Source: Nostoc sp.
GTDB lineage: Bacteria; Cyanobacteriota; Cyanobacteriia; Cyanobacteriales; Nostocaceae
DNA: 64,000 nucleotides
Assembly (NCBI GenBank): GCA_036918135.1
Contig: JBALDB010000053.1
Span: 128,001-192,000, forward strand
Reading direction: 5' to 3'
This document shows, piece by piece, positions 31,235 through 42,117 of this stretch. The notes under the pieces are model-generated. The model was not told the origin of the DNA and made no database searches. It saw nothing but the letters and a program-made list of their open reading frames with translations. Made by a program: the position numbers and the translations under genes. Numbering within the stretch: the stretch's first letter is position 1; every line of letters begins with the position of its first letter.

Positions 31235-31837
31235 TTACCAGGGTGGAACGATACCATAGATAATTTGAATATTTTGCTTCATACCAAGGTCAGTAACAGC
31301 GACAAGATATTGTAACAAGGCATCAACATCCTTAATAGCTTTAGCGGTAAGCCGGACTTTTCCAGTTGGTGTTTGTGTCCAAGAAAATGCCGGAATTGGA
31401 AAACCATGAGCAAAACTGTGTCTGACTTGCAGAATATCGTTTAGCATCTGTCGAGTGGCGAGTCCATTCATGCTTCTTTTTGACCAAACCCAATCATTGA
31501 TAGGGTCATAGCCAGTATATTGAAACAAAAGGTTACGCGAATTATCTGCATTTGGTGTATTAAATTGTTTAAGCGATCGCTCTGCTGCATTTTTAGCGAT
31601 AGAATGTACAGCATGAAACTGAGGATCTAAAGGATTTGCAGTTACATCAAAAAAGTTGCGAACTAGTTCCTCAATATAAGCCTCCCATCCAGCAACAAAC
31701 ATTGCTAGAGCAGAGTGATAATAGACTTGAGTTTGGCTATTTAATATTGGGCGCAAGCGGGGATCTGTCGCAGTATTACGCAAGACACGAGCCTTATAAG
31801 CCGCTTTATGGTATCTTGATGCTGCTGATGATGGCAC
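31235..31837 (-). CDS. HEPN-domain putative RNase
   Basis: Helical protein with WEAYIEE and an Rx4H motif (RHSFAH); GTG start 10 nt after the ParA stop. Confidence 0.78.
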   Translation of the reverse strand: MPSSAASRYHKAAYKARVLRNTATDPRLRPILNSQTQVYYHSALAMFVAGWEAYIEELVRNFFDVTANPLDPQFHAVHSIAKNAAERSLKQFNTPNADNSRNLLFQYTGYDPINDWVWSKRSMNGLATRQMLNDILQVRHSFAHGFPIPAFSWTQTPTGKVRLTAKAIKDVDALLQYLVAVTDLGMKQNIQIIYGIVPPW

Positions 31838-31847
31838 GGTGATGCTC

Positions 31848-32906
31848 TCAAAGACAATTCACAAACTCTTCAAGTGCATCTCGATACCTCTGTAATGGCT
31901 CTGGATTTAATTGCACTTGCTGTTCACCAATTTTTTTGATACCTGGTTTGAGTTTATGTAAAGGGGTGCCAGTTGTTGCAACAACCATAGCAACAGTATG
32001 AAAAGCAGGAATTTCAATTATACTTTTACTAGGAATTTCAAGAAAACTATTACTCGGTAAGTCTTTGGGATTAGCAAAAATATGACGATTTTTTTGATGT
32101 ATATCATCCATAGTTTTCTGAATCATTTTGTTTATAGCTATGGATGCAGAAGCAGTTATACCTGCGTACATTGTCACCTGATTAAGAACAAATGCATATA
32201 ATTTTGGTACAGATACACCTTCTTCTTTTGCACGTTTAGCAAAGCTAATTTTTGCATATAGTGCAGTATTGGGATCGGTTATACCATATAAAAGTGCAAC
32301 CACATTTTCAATTGCATAAAATGAACTTTTTTCCGCAGTAAATGGGACAATTACACCCTCTGCTGCAACCAAACCAAGTTGTGTATAAATAGCAAAACTA
32401 GGGTTACAGTCAATTAAAAATACAGTATCTCTCTCTCCACTAAATATACGCAGAGAAACTGTTAAATCTCGAATCCAATTAAGCACCTGTTTCCAAGCAT
32501 CAATTGGTATTTGTAGTTCAGATGTTTGCCTAATTGCTTCAGAAATTATTTCAAGAAGATTGTCCCCACATACGAGTTTTAAATTTTCTGGTATTTGTGG
32601 GTTGAACTCCCTTGGATCACAAATATAAGGAGATACATCGGTAATCATTCTGAAGGGAGAGTTTAGACGTGCTTCCAGATAGCCAGCTACGGTGGCACGC
32701 GGTGTTTTACTGCTCAAAGAATGTAGTGCCTTTGGACTATTGAGATATCCCCCTAGTAGGGTTTCTGAGACGTTGGCTTGGGGACACAGGTCAATTACAT
32801 AAACATCTGTATCGGGGTGATGGTGAGCATATTCAGCAGCAGCCACAAAGCAAAGAAAGCTCTTTCCCACGCCGCCTTTGTTGTTCCAAAAAGCATACGA
32901 ACTCAT
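31848..32906 (-). CDS. ParA/Soj-family ATPase (orphan)
   Basis: Deviant Walker A NNKGGVGKS, IDLCPQAN, LIDCNPS. Confidence 0.9.
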   Translation of the reverse strand: MSSYAFWNNKGGVGKSFLCFVAAAEYAHHHPDTDVYVIDLCPQANVSETLLGGYLNSPKALHSLSSKTPRATVAGYLEARLNSPFRMITDVSPYICDPREFNPQIPENLKLVCGDNLLEIISEAIRQTSELQIPIDAWKQVLNWIRDLTVSLRIFSGERDTVFLIDCNPSFAIYTQLGLVAAEGVIVPFTAEKSSFYAIENVVALLYGITDPNTALYAKISFAKRAKEEGVSVPKLYAFVLNQVTMYAGITASASIAINKMIQKTMDDIHQKNRHIFANPKDLPSNSFLEIPSKSIIEIPAFHTVAMVVATTGTPLHKLKPGIKKIGEQQVQLNPEPLQRYRDALEEFVNCL

Positions 32907-33193
32907 TTTTTATATTCCTTGTTGAGGTAAAACAGTCCCTGCGTGTATTGGCAATGCTATGAAACTCTTACCCCCTATTGTCGCAAAATACAGTTTAGTA
33001 AACTGTATTTTATTTCGACTCCTCATGATAGCGATCGCTCTCTCAAGTGCATTACTTTCAGATCTTTGCTCTCGTGCAGTGAGGAAACCCCTACTGCCTT
33101 TCTGCCAACTGTAGCTTTCACTCATTTGTTAGACTGAACACACCAGGATTTTTCAGTCAAATCTCTGAATTCCGCCAGCAGACGAGGCTACCC

Positions 33194-34666
33194 ATGCTTA
33201 CAAGTACGCTACTTCTCTCGAATCAACTTCCCACTTTACAATATTCTTCTACCCCAGAGCGTTTCGATGAAACCTGGGAAGCCCCCCTGGCTACCCTCCT
33301 GGGACTAGGACGCGCCGCTGGCGCTGACTTTATCGAATTCTTCTTAGAACGTCGCAACTACATTAGTTGTCTTGCAGAAGACGACGCCATCACCAGTATC
33401 TCACCGAGTTTGTCTACAGGCGCGGGAGTCAGAGTATTTCGCGGTAAAGCTGATTGCTATGTGAGCACTAATGACCTTTCCTTTTCGGGTTTGAAAGCAG
33501 CCTTAGAAAAAGGTCTTTCGATTATGGGATTACAACTACCTGCACCTCGTTCCTTCATCCCAGAAATCAACCTCGAATTACTTAGAGATTACGCTACCAA
33601 AAGAGGTAAAGATGCATGGCTACCAGTATGTAGTTCCATCCGCGAAATGGGAGAAGTCCTCCTCGATGGTACTGGTTATCTGAACCAAAAAGCTAGCCAT
33701 GTCCAATCGCGCCGCGCTAGTTATTTTCGAGATTGGCAAGAAGTTTTAGTCGCCGCCAGTGACGGTACTTTTGCGCGTGACATTCGCCTCACCCAATCAG
33801 TAGGATTTAACTTGTTGTGTGCCGATGGTGCTAATCGTACCTCAATTGGCGATCGCGCTGGTAACACTAGCGATGCCAACTTTTTAAGAACCTGGGATTA
33901 TCAACAAGCCGCCGAAAAAATCGCTGAATCTGCTGGAAAAATGCTCTATGCAGATTACGTAGAATCAGGTACTTACCCCATTATTATGGCCAATCACTTT
34001 GGCGGGGTAATCTTCCACGAAGCCTGCGGACACCTGCTAGAAACCACTCAAATTGAACGCAATACCTCTCCTTTTGCTAACAAAAAAGGCGAAAAAATTG
34101 CCCACGAAAGTTTAACAGCTTGGGATGAAGGACGTTCTGAAAATGCCTTCGGAACAATTGATATGGATGACGAAGGTATGCCCGCTCAAAGAACCCTATT
34201 AATTGAAAAAGGCGTTCTCAAAAACTTCTTAGCAGATAGAACAGGTTCTACACTCACCGGACACCCCAGAACTGGAAGCGGACGCCGCCAAAACTACACC
34301 TTTGCCGCTGCTAGCCGGATGCGTAATACTTATATTGATTCTGGCGATTACACCCTTGAAGATTTATTTGCCTCTATTGATAAAGGTATTTACTGTAAAA
34401 AAATGGGTGGCGGTAGCGTTGGTGCTACAGGTCAATTTAACTTTGGTGTCGATGAAGCTTATTTAATTGAAAACGGCAAAATTACCAAACCGTTAAAAGG
34501 AGCAATTTTGATTGGTGAAGCCACGGAAATTATGAATAAAATTTCCATGTGTTCCCAAGATTTAGAAATTGCACCTGGTTTTTGTGGTTCTGTCAGCGGT
34601 AGTATTTACACCACAGTTGGACAACCACACATCAAAGTTGATTCTATTACCGTAGGTGGACGATAA
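33194..34666 (+). CDS. tldD: TldD metalloprotease
   Basis: HEACGH, DDEG, TGSGRR, RMRNT, GQPH. Confidence 0.95.
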   Translation: MLTSTLLLSNQLPTLQYSSTPERFDETWEAPLATLLGLGRAAGADFIEFFLERRNYISCLAEDDAITSISPSLSTGAGVRVFRGKADCYVSTNDLSFSGLKAALEKGLSIMGLQLPAPRSFIPEINLELLRDYATKRGKDAWLPVCSSIREMGEVLLDGTGYLNQKASHVQSRRASYFRDWQEVLVAASDGTFARDIRLTQSVGFNLLCADGANRTSIGDRAGNTSDANFLRTWDYQQAAEKIAESAGKMLYADYVESGTYPIIMANHFGGVIFHEACGHLLETTQIERNTSPFANKKGEKIAHESLTAWDEGRSENAFGTIDMDDEGMPAQRTLLIEKGVLKNFLADRTGSTLTGHPRTGSGRRQNYTFAAASRMRNTYIDSGDYTLEDLFASIDKGIYCKKMGGGSVGATGQFNFGVDEAYLIENGKITKPLKGAILIGEATEIMNKISMCSQDLEIAPGFCGSVSGSIYTTVGQPHIKVDSITVGGR

Positions 34667-34886
34667 GATTTTGAGATTTTAGATTTCGGATTTTAGATTA
34701 AGAATAAGTCGGATATTGCGTCAGTATAACCCAACAAGGAAATATAAATTATTTTTATTTTCTTCTTTACGCCTCGACGGCTTTGGGTGAGATAAAAATG
34801 TGCAATAGCTTAATATCTAAAATCCCAAATCTAATATTCAAAAGAAAATCGCCGTCAATTTAAGATCCCAAATCGAAAATTAAACT

Positions 34887-36227
34887 ATGCCGAATATCAA
34901 TGAAATTGCAACTTCTGCCAGGGACAATGCTGATAGACTTGGCATTAAAAAATTTGACATTTATGGTTCAACGGTAGACGATACTAGCGTGCAAGTAGAC
35001 CAAGGTGAGCCAAAACAAGTCAAAGCCTCAAATCGCTCTGGTGTTACTGTTCGTGTCTGGAATGAAGATAATACAATGGGTGTCACCAGCACCACAGATG
35101 TCGATCCCAAAGGATTAGAATTAGCTTTGAAAACTGCCTACGAAGCCAGTTTTTTCGGTGTTAAGGAAAATGTCCCCGATTTTAGTCCAGAAGCTACTAT
35201 TCCTATCCCCAATAAACCTCAGGATAAGACACCGCAAGTGCCTGTTGCTGAACTGATAGATAAACTATTGCTAGCTGAAAAAGAATTACTAGCAGCCCAT
35301 CCAGCAATTAAAGGTGTACCGTATAATAGCTTAGCCCAAAGAGATATTGACAGATTTTATCTCAATAGCGAAGGTGCATTAAGAACTGAATCTCACTCTT
35401 TGGCATCAGTTTATCTTTATAGCAAAACTGAGGAAGAAGGAAAAAAACCTCGCAGTGCAGGCGCTTTTAGAATCAACCATAGTTTAGATAATCTAGACAT
35501 TAATGGTTGCATCAAAGAAACCGCAGACAAAACTATCAGTCACTTGAATTATGAAAAAATTCAAACTGGTAAATATCGAGTTGTTTTCTCGCCGGAAGCT
35601 TTCTTAAGTTTGTTGGGCGCTTTTTCTAACTTGTTTAATGCCCAAAATATTTTAGATAATCAAAGTTTGTCTACTGCCGAGGATTTAGGTAAGGAGATTG
35701 CTTCCCCCTTGCTCTCAGTTTATGATGATGCATTGCATCCAGCTAATATAGGTGCAGAAAGTTTTGATGGTGAAGGAACTCCAACTCGTCAAATATCGTT
35801 GATTGAAAATGGCGTTTTAAAAAGCTTTCTTCATAGCGCAGGCACTGCTAAAAGGTTAAATGCCCAGCCAACAGGTAATGCTAGTATTGGAGCAAAAGTT
35901 AGCGTTAGCCCCAATTTCTATCACGTTTTTACAACAGCAAATCCTGAACAGGAATTAAGCCTAGAAACTGCGGAAAATGTAATTTTAATCGATGATTTAC
36001 GCGCTCTCCATGCAGGGGTTAAATCCTTACAAGGTTCTTTTTCTTTGCCATTTGATGGCTGGTTAGTTAACAAGGGTGTGAGGAGGAGTATTGAATCAGC
36101 AACGGTTGCTGGAGATTTCTTGGAACTCTTGAAGTCAATTATTTATGTAGAAAAAGAGGTGGAGCTAACCCCAGGAGGAGTTTGTCCAAAAATCTGGGTT
36201 AATGAGTTATCGATTACTGGTGAATAA
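34887..36227 (+). CDS. pmbA: PmbA/TldE protein
   Basis: FDGEG, PTGNA, GSFS; follows tldD; lacks HExxH. Confidence 0.92.
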   Translation: MPNINEIATSARDNADRLGIKKFDIYGSTVDDTSVQVDQGEPKQVKASNRSGVTVRVWNEDNTMGVTSTTDVDPKGLELALKTAYEASFFGVKENVPDFSPEATIPIPNKPQDKTPQVPVAELIDKLLLAEKELLAAHPAIKGVPYNSLAQRDIDRFYLNSEGALRTESHSLASVYLYSKTEEEGKKPRSAGAFRINHSLDNLDINGCIKETADKTISHLNYEKIQTGKYRVVFSPEAFLSLLGAFSNLFNAQNILDNQSLSTAEDLGKEIASPLLSVYDDALHPANIGAESFDGEGTPTRQISLIENGVLKSFLHSAGTAKRLNAQPTGNASIGAKVSVSPNFYHVFTTANPEQELSLETAENVILIDDLRALHAGVKSLQGSFSLPFDGWLVNKGVRRSIESATVAGDFLELLKSIIYVEKEVELTPGGVCPKIWVNELSITGE

Positions 36228-36290
36228 AATTTAGTGAGTCCAGGGTTAGGAGTTAAATTTAACTCTTAACTCCTCATTCTTAATTACTTG

Positions 36291-36731
36291 CTAGTATTCA
36301 CCACCAATACTAATAGCAGTATTAAATACATCAGCACCGCTTAAATCGATATTAGCCATAATAGCGCCATCTACATCACTATTATATAAACGGGCATTAC
36401 TCATATTAACGTTGGTCAGATTAGCATTACTTAAGATAGTATCGCTGACGAATGCTTGTTTCAAATTAGCATATTTTAAATTAGCGCCAGTTAAATCAGC
36501 ACCTTCTAAATTGGCACCTTCCAAATTAGCACCTTTTAAATTTGCATTTCTTAAATCAACACCAATTAAATGAGCGCCTTTGAGGTTTGCTCCTGTTAAA
36601 TCGCATCCAGAACATTCTCTAGTTTCGAGCAAACGCCGGACAGGGGCTGAGTTTTCAGCTTTGACGGGAACAGGAGCAGCTAGAGATAGCGTGGTGAGTA
36701 AGGCTGCTGCCGTCAAAAATATTGGTTTCAT
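36291..36731 (-). CDS. exported pentapeptide repeat protein
   Basis: Signal peptide, C..C, A(N/D)Lxx repeats. Confidence 0.92.
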   Translation of the reverse strand: MKPIFLTAAALLTTLSLAAPVPVKAENSAPVRRLLETRECSGCDLTGANLKGAHLIGVDLRNANLKGANLEGANLEGADLTGANLKYANLKQAFVSDTILSNANLTNVNMSNARLYNSDVDGAIMANIDLSGADVFNTAISIGGEY

Positions 36732-37228
36732 TTTTATTTACCTCCGACATTTCTAGAAGTCGTGAAATTCTTGACTTCTCTTAACTTCTATGGTTTAAGT
36801 GTGCCAAAATTCCAGAGTTGTGTCCTCATGCGAGCGAAAGAATAGATATTTTCTCTGAGATTATGTATTTTTCCCTGAGATCGTCCTATGGGATTAAAAT
36901 TAACAGACTGTTACCAATAACTTTAGGCATATATTGCTCTGCCATCACTTTGGTAAAAGAAAATTCCGACTCAATTTTTAAACCTTAGATGAGATAAGGA
37001 TTTGAGAGTTTATTTATTGACTAAACACCGAAAATACAGATTTTTTATAAAAGCCTTGTTCCACAGGGGTTATAGATTATTCTTTGCAGAAAGTGATAAA
37101 AGAGGAATATAGCCCTACTTAAGTTATTGGTGAAAATTAGCTCCCTGACCTCTCAAAGTAGTCAAATAACTGGACAGCGCAAATTTTCTCACAATGGTAT
37201 TATCATCGCTGCTACTGAAATTAACTTT

Positions 37229-37804
37229 ATGGTTACAAGTCCTTTGACATTAAACCTAGACACAGTTCACCTCACAGACGAACAGTTCTACGAGTTATGT
37301 CAAAATAACCGTGAGTTTCAATTTGAACGAACGGCTAAGGGAGAATTGATAATCATCTCACCCGTTGGAGGAGAAAGTGGTAACCGTGAAGCCGAATTAA
37401 TTATTGATTTGGGCATCTGGAATCGGCAAACCGGTCTCGGTTACACTTTTAGTTCCTCTACTATATTTAAATTACCTAATGGAGCAGACCGTTCTCCTGA
37501 TGCCGCTTGGATTCAACGAGAACGATGGGAAGCGCTCACTCCTGAACAAAGACGTAAATTTCCCCCCATTGCACCGGATTTTGTTATTGAATTAAGGTCA
37601 GCAACAGATGATTTAGAAATACTGCGTCAGAAAATGCAAGAATATTTGGATGCAGGGGTGCAATTGGCATAGTTAATTAATCCCCAGCAGCAGCAAGTAG
37701 AAATTTACCGCCAACGACAGAATGTAGAAGTGCTAAATCTGCCTACACAATTATCTGGTGAAAATATATTGCCAGGATTTAGCTTGAGTCTATCTCGTTA
37801 TTAA
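37229..37804 (+). pseudogene. Uma2 family endonuclease with premature TAG
   Basis: RSPDAAW, APDFVIELRS; TAG at 37670-37672 where Trp is expected, then the frame continues LINPQQQQVEIYR..LSGENILPGF to TAA at 37804. Confidence 0.85.
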
Positions 37805-38841
37805 GACTTACCGCTACCTAATAAATACAGTAACGCCATACGAACGGCAACACCGCTAGTAACCTGCGATTGAATCAGACTAAATTCTGGGTCATCCATC
37901 AATTCAGAACTAATTTCGACACCACGGTTTACTGGGCCTGGATGTAAAACTTTGACATCAGGTTTACAAAGTTGCAGCTTTGTGCGGGTAATCCCAAATA
38001 GCTGATGATATTCTCGCAAACTTGGCAGTAAATGAGCCGTCATCCGTTCCTTTTGCAAGCGCAAAGTCATTACAAAATCGGCATCCTGTAAAGCTGGTTC
38101 TAACTGCCAATGAAGGAATAGTTGGGGAGTGGGTGATGAGGGAGATGAGGAGATAATAAACTCCTCATTTGTGAGTTCTGAGTGTTCCAAGATATACTCA
38201 GCGAATAACTTGGGTAAAAGTGTGGGTGGTGCTGCCAGGTGTACTTGGGCACCACTGGCGATGAAACTCCAGATATTCGATCGCGCCACACGAGAATGCA
38301 AAATATCCCCAACAATGGCAATCTTTTTATTCTTTAAAAGTTCCAGTCGCGGATGATTTGAGTCAATTAAAGTACAAATAGTAAATAAGTCTAGCAGTGC
38401 TTGGGAAGGATGCTCGTGTTGACCATCGCCAGCATTCAGGACACTAACTCGTACACCTAAACGATCCATTTCAGTAGCGATCGCATTTGGTACTCCCGCC
38501 TCCCGATGCCGGACTACCATGATATCAGTTCCCATAGCCAAATAGGTTTTCGCTGTGTCGAGAATTGTTTCTCCCTTAGTCATAGAAGACGTGGCTGCGG
38601 CGAAGTTCAATGTATCCGCACTCAAGCGTTTCGCGGCTAGTTCAAAACTGCTACGGGTGCGGGTAGAGGGTTCAAAAAATAAATTCGCTACTACATGTCC
38701 CTGCAAGGTTGGTACTTTCTTTGTCCGCCGCGATAGCACCTCCTGAAAAGAAGCAGCAGTTTGCAAAACAGTATCGTATTCAGCCGATGTGAAGTCAGAT
38801 AGGGAAAGAACGTGATGACGATTCCAAGTTGTTGTAGGCAT
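37801..38841 (-). CDS. pyrB: aspartate carbamoyltransferase catalytic subunit
   Basis: [30 protein letters not shown]. Confidence 0.97.
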   Translation of the reverse strand: MPTTTWNRHHVLSLSDFTSAEYDTVLQTAASFQEVLSRRTKKVPTLQGHVVANLFFEPSTRTRSSFELAAKRLSADTLNFAAATSSMTKGETILDTAKTYLAMGTDIMVVRHREAGVPNAIATEMDRLGVRVSVLNAGDGQHEHPSQALLDLFTICTLIDSNHPRLELLKNKKIAIVGDILHSRVARSNIWSFIASGAQVHLAAPPTLLPKLFAEYILEHSELTNEEFIISSSPSSPTPQLFLHWQLEPALQDADFVMTLRLQKERMTAHLLPSLREYHQLFGITRTKLQLCKPDVKVLHPGPVNRGVEISSELMDDPEFSLIQSQVTSGVAVRMALLYLLGSGKS

Positions 38842-38965
38842 ATTTGAGGAGTGGGGAGGCTATTGAGGCAGGGAGCAGGGAGCAGAGGGGAAAGAGGTAA
38901 TTTTTCACTCTCCCCCTTGCCCCTTTCCCCCTGCCCCTCTGCCTTTTCCCCATGCTCCAATCCCT

Positions 38966-40318
38966 TCATGTTGGCAAATGGAAAACGTTTAAAGCTAGAG
39001 AAATTAGGCTCAGGAATGTTAAAAACCCAATTGTATCTAGCATTGTAGTCACTAATGGGCCACTAACCAAGGCTGGGTCGAGCTTCAGGCGTTTTAAGCC
39101 CATTGGCAGTAAAGTACCAAGAGTCACCGCCACTATTGTATTAGTTGCCATGACTATACCAGCAATTAAAGCCACCCATCGCTCTTGGGGTTGTGCCCAA
39201 ATCAAGGAAAGCAGGATCATCGTTGTGGCTAAAGCTATGGCTGTACCTAAACCAGCTAGAAGTTCCTTGCGGAGAATTTTTATCGTATCTTTGGGTGTCA
39301 CTTCACCCACCCCTAAGCCTCGGATTGTCACGGTTAATGCTTGAATTCCTACAGTACCGCCCGTGTTAGAAAAAATCGGCATGATCACTGCTAGAACTGG
39401 CACTGCGGCAATTACAGGCTGAAAAGGTGCGATCGCACTAGCTGCACCAATATATAGGGCCATGATGCCCAGTAGCCAAGGCAAGCGGTTGCGGATAGTG
39501 AGTAAGGGAGAGGATAAAGCTGCCTCATCACCACCCACACCCGCTAGTTTTTGAATATCTTCTGTGGCTTCTTCCTCCAAAATATCCATGACATCATCAA
39601 TGGTGACAATGCCCACCAGTCGGTCTTCTCGGTCAACTACAGGGATAGCTATTAAGTCGTAGCGCTGCATGATTCGCGCTACTTCTTCTTGGGGCGTTTC
39701 GGTTCTCACCTTGATGACGCGATCGCTGGCAATATCTTTGATAAAAACATCGGGAAAGGTAAAGAGCAGCTGGCGCAGTGAAACTACTCTTACCAGCGTC
39801 CGGTTATTATCTGTGACGTAGGCGTAGTAAATAGACTCCTTGTCTTCGTCCTGACCGCGGATTTTGCTCAAGGCTTCGCCGACAGTCAATCCTTGCCGCA
39901 ACCGGACATATTCGGTTGTCATCACCCGTCCGGCAGTGCCTTCTGGATAGCCGAGAATCGTTGCTGTTGCTTGCCTTTGTTCTGGACTTAATTCTTGTAA
40001 CAGCCGTTTAACTACCCCAGCAGGTAATTCATCAAATAATTCTGCTCGTTCATCAGGACTCATTTCTTCTACAAGGTGTACTACTTGTACATCATGTAGG
40101 GAATTAATCAGTTTTTCCTTTACTTGAGTTGGCAAATATTCAAATACATCAGTTGCCTGATTTTTGTTGAGTAAACGAAATGCGATCGCCCTTTGTTTTT
40201 CAGGCAATTGTGTAATGAATTCTCCTACATCCACAGGTTGTAACTGATTTAAATCCCATTTCAACTGGCTTAAATCGGTAGCATCAAGCAGTGCATTCCG
40301 AAGATCCTGTGTGAGCAT
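38966..40318 (-). CDS. mgtE: magnesium transporter MgtE
   Basis: N domain, CBS pair (TAGRVMT, GIVTIDD), GGTVG.Q, DPALVSGPLVTT..D. Confidence 0.96.
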   Translation of the reverse strand: MLTQDLRNALLDATDLSQLKWDLNQLQPVDVGEFITQLPEKQRAIAFRLLNKNQATDVFEYLPTQVKEKLINSLHDVQVVHLVEEMSPDERAELFDELPAGVVKRLLQELSPEQRQATATILGYPEGTAGRVMTTEYVRLRQGLTVGEALSKIRGQDEDKESIYYAYVTDNNRTLVRVVSLRQLLFTFPDVFIKDIASDRVIKVRTETPQEEVARIMQRYDLIAIPVVDREDRLVGIVTIDDVMDILEEEATEDIQKLAGVGGDEAALSSPLLTIRNRLPWLLGIMALYIGAASAIAPFQPVIAAVPVLAVIMPIFSNTGGTVGIQALTVTIRGLGVGEVTPKDTIKILRKELLAGLGTAIALATTMILLSLIWAQPQERWVALIAGIVMATNTIVAVTLGTLLPMGLKRLKLDPALVSGPLVTTMLDTIGFLTFLSLISLALNVFHLPT

Positions 40319-40411
40319 GATACATACCTCCTAAATATCTCCCCCGCGCTGGGAGACTGCCTCACCAGCTTAGAGGAGGTTAATACTGCCATCTTGTGGA
40401 CTATGGTCCAT
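40319..40411 (-). promoter_or_regulatory. putative mgtE leader: 13-codon uORF and anti-SD hairpin
   Basis: uORF 40411-40370 (MDHSPQDGSINLL); ACCUCCU (40380-40374) is complementary to the SD AGGAGGU (40332-40326). Confidence 0.55.
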
Positions 40412-40952
40412 AAAATTTCAACAATTCAATATCGATATTTAAATCAAGCCATCGCTAGTCATCATCCTAACCCGGAATCGCCATCTCCGGTAGATACTAG
40501 GTAATAGTATCCAGAATTTGTGACGTTCTTCACCAGTAACCAACTTCAAGCTTGGATGTGCAGGTAATTTTCACGTAACTTCAAGTAAATTTTACTACTG
40601 TTAGAATTTCTGTCAAGCCAATTAATGTATTTACAGGCAAACTTCATACAGCTAAAATATTTGGGATAGCTGAATTCAAATAATTTAAATAAATAGAAGC
40701 CTATAACAACTGTAGTAACCTACAGTTGAGCCTGTGTTGCAAATACTTTTTATCAATGCTATTAGCTTTTTGCTAAAAAGTTTCAAGATTTTGTGATCTA
40801 AACCTATTCATAAATAATATATTTACCAACATTTTTGAGAAGATTGACTCACTTTTTTACTATCCTTTATTTGTTTGTCATTACTTCTCAATAAAACCTA
40901 ATTTTAGCAACAGTATTAAGAGCAAAATTATTAAGAGTATACCTGAAAACTT

Positions 40953-41258
40953 CTGCTAAATAAAATTGAAGCTCCAGAGTACCGCCAAGTTAATATTGAA
41001 GCATTAATCGAACTAGCAGCGATTGCCGCAAATAATCCCCAATTGCAAATCGAATAATATATAGTATTAAATGTGTTAATCGGTCATGCAGTCCGATTGG
41101 CATGGTTAGAACACCATCGCGAACGAGGCGATCGCTATGATGAAGATAAGGCGAGTGCGTGGCGATCGTTTTACAACACCTCACCTACAGATTGTGCTAG
41201 TTATATCCTCAAAGCGTTCCGCTTCTTAACAAAATTTGGCGAAGTCATTGCAGCTTAA
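40953..41258 (+). pseudogene. C-terminal fragment of a GH15/phosphorylase-kinase-like gene
   Basis: LLNKIEAPEYRQVNIEAL.ELAAIA..NPQLQIE*YIVLNVLIGHAVRLAW..KASAWRSFY; internal TAA at 41055; no upstream coding sequence. Confidence 0.7.
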
Positions 41259-41501
41259 TCAACATAGATTTCTATTGCTTGACACCATGTTCTCGAACCT
41301 AATTTACATATAAGTAAGCGGACATAATAAAATGTAAAATCCAAACTAGCGAAACCTTTTACTGTTTAGAGTTTTACCTTCTGCCTTCTACTTATTATTT
41401 ACTACTAATCCCTTAACTAAAAAATATCCCCTACTTCAGAAGCGTGGTTGCCAGCAGACGCTAAAAGCAGGGGTTTGTGAAATTTTATTTGGTTGTAAAA
41501 A

Positions 41502-41816
41502 CTACTTGACAGAGACAGCATCAACATCGATGGTGCTTGCAGTGGAGGTAGAACCCTCTGGTGTATTGCCTGCTTCGGTACTTAGATCGCCTTTACGAGC
41601 TTTCCAGCCTTCAATCACTAACCCAGACACCTCACTAACTAGCAAAGTCAAAAGAAAAACATCATCAATCTGTCCGACAATGGGGAAAATGTCTGGCAGT
41701 AAATCAATTGGGCTGGCTAAATAAACTAATGTTCCTAAAATTACCCACCAACGGTACTTAGGGTTACGAAGCGAATTACGATACCAGGTATAAACCGATT
41801 GAATTGAAAATTTCAT
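41502..41816 (-). CDS. YkvA/DUF1232 family protein
   Basis: YLASPIDLLPD..PIVGQIDD. Confidence 0.9.
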   Translation of the reverse strand: MKFSIQSVYTWYRNSLRNPKYRWWVILGTLVYLASPIDLLPDIFPIVGQIDDVFLLTLLVSEVSGLVIEGWKARKGDLSTEAGNTPEGSTSTASTIDVDAVSVK

Positions 41817-42117
41817 GTTTTGAACCTCCAGTTATCTTTAATTTTGACAAATTATCTTTTAAACTTCCGGTGGGAATAACCGCCCTAGTTAGTCTGGAAG
41901 ACGCTACCAATCTTAACGAAAGTGGAGAGTAGAGAATGCTTAGTGAGGAGTTAGGAATTTTCTCCTCTGCCGCCTGTTTCCCTATCTCCAATCCCTTTGA
42001 TTACATAACATAACTATGTTGTAATTCGGCTCACGATTACGGTAGTTGTGCATTAATCTCTAAAATTAATAATGCTTGGGATAGTTGCTTTAGTTATGGA
42101 GGGAGGAAACTTAAACA

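Noticed and set aside
32910..33125. 71-aa ORF directly upstream of parA as a third cassette gene
   Set aside because: No recognisable motif, and it spans the probable divergent promoter region; cannot be supported without a homology search.
33194..36227. RiPP cluster around tldD/pmbA
   Set aside because: No precursor peptide, cyclodehydratase or exporter adjacent; this looks like the housekeeping pair.
40319..40560. M-box (ykoK) riboswitch upstream of mgtE
   Set aside because: Only a short GGUGAGGC resemblance; the rest of the consensus is not visible. Reported instead as a different leader.
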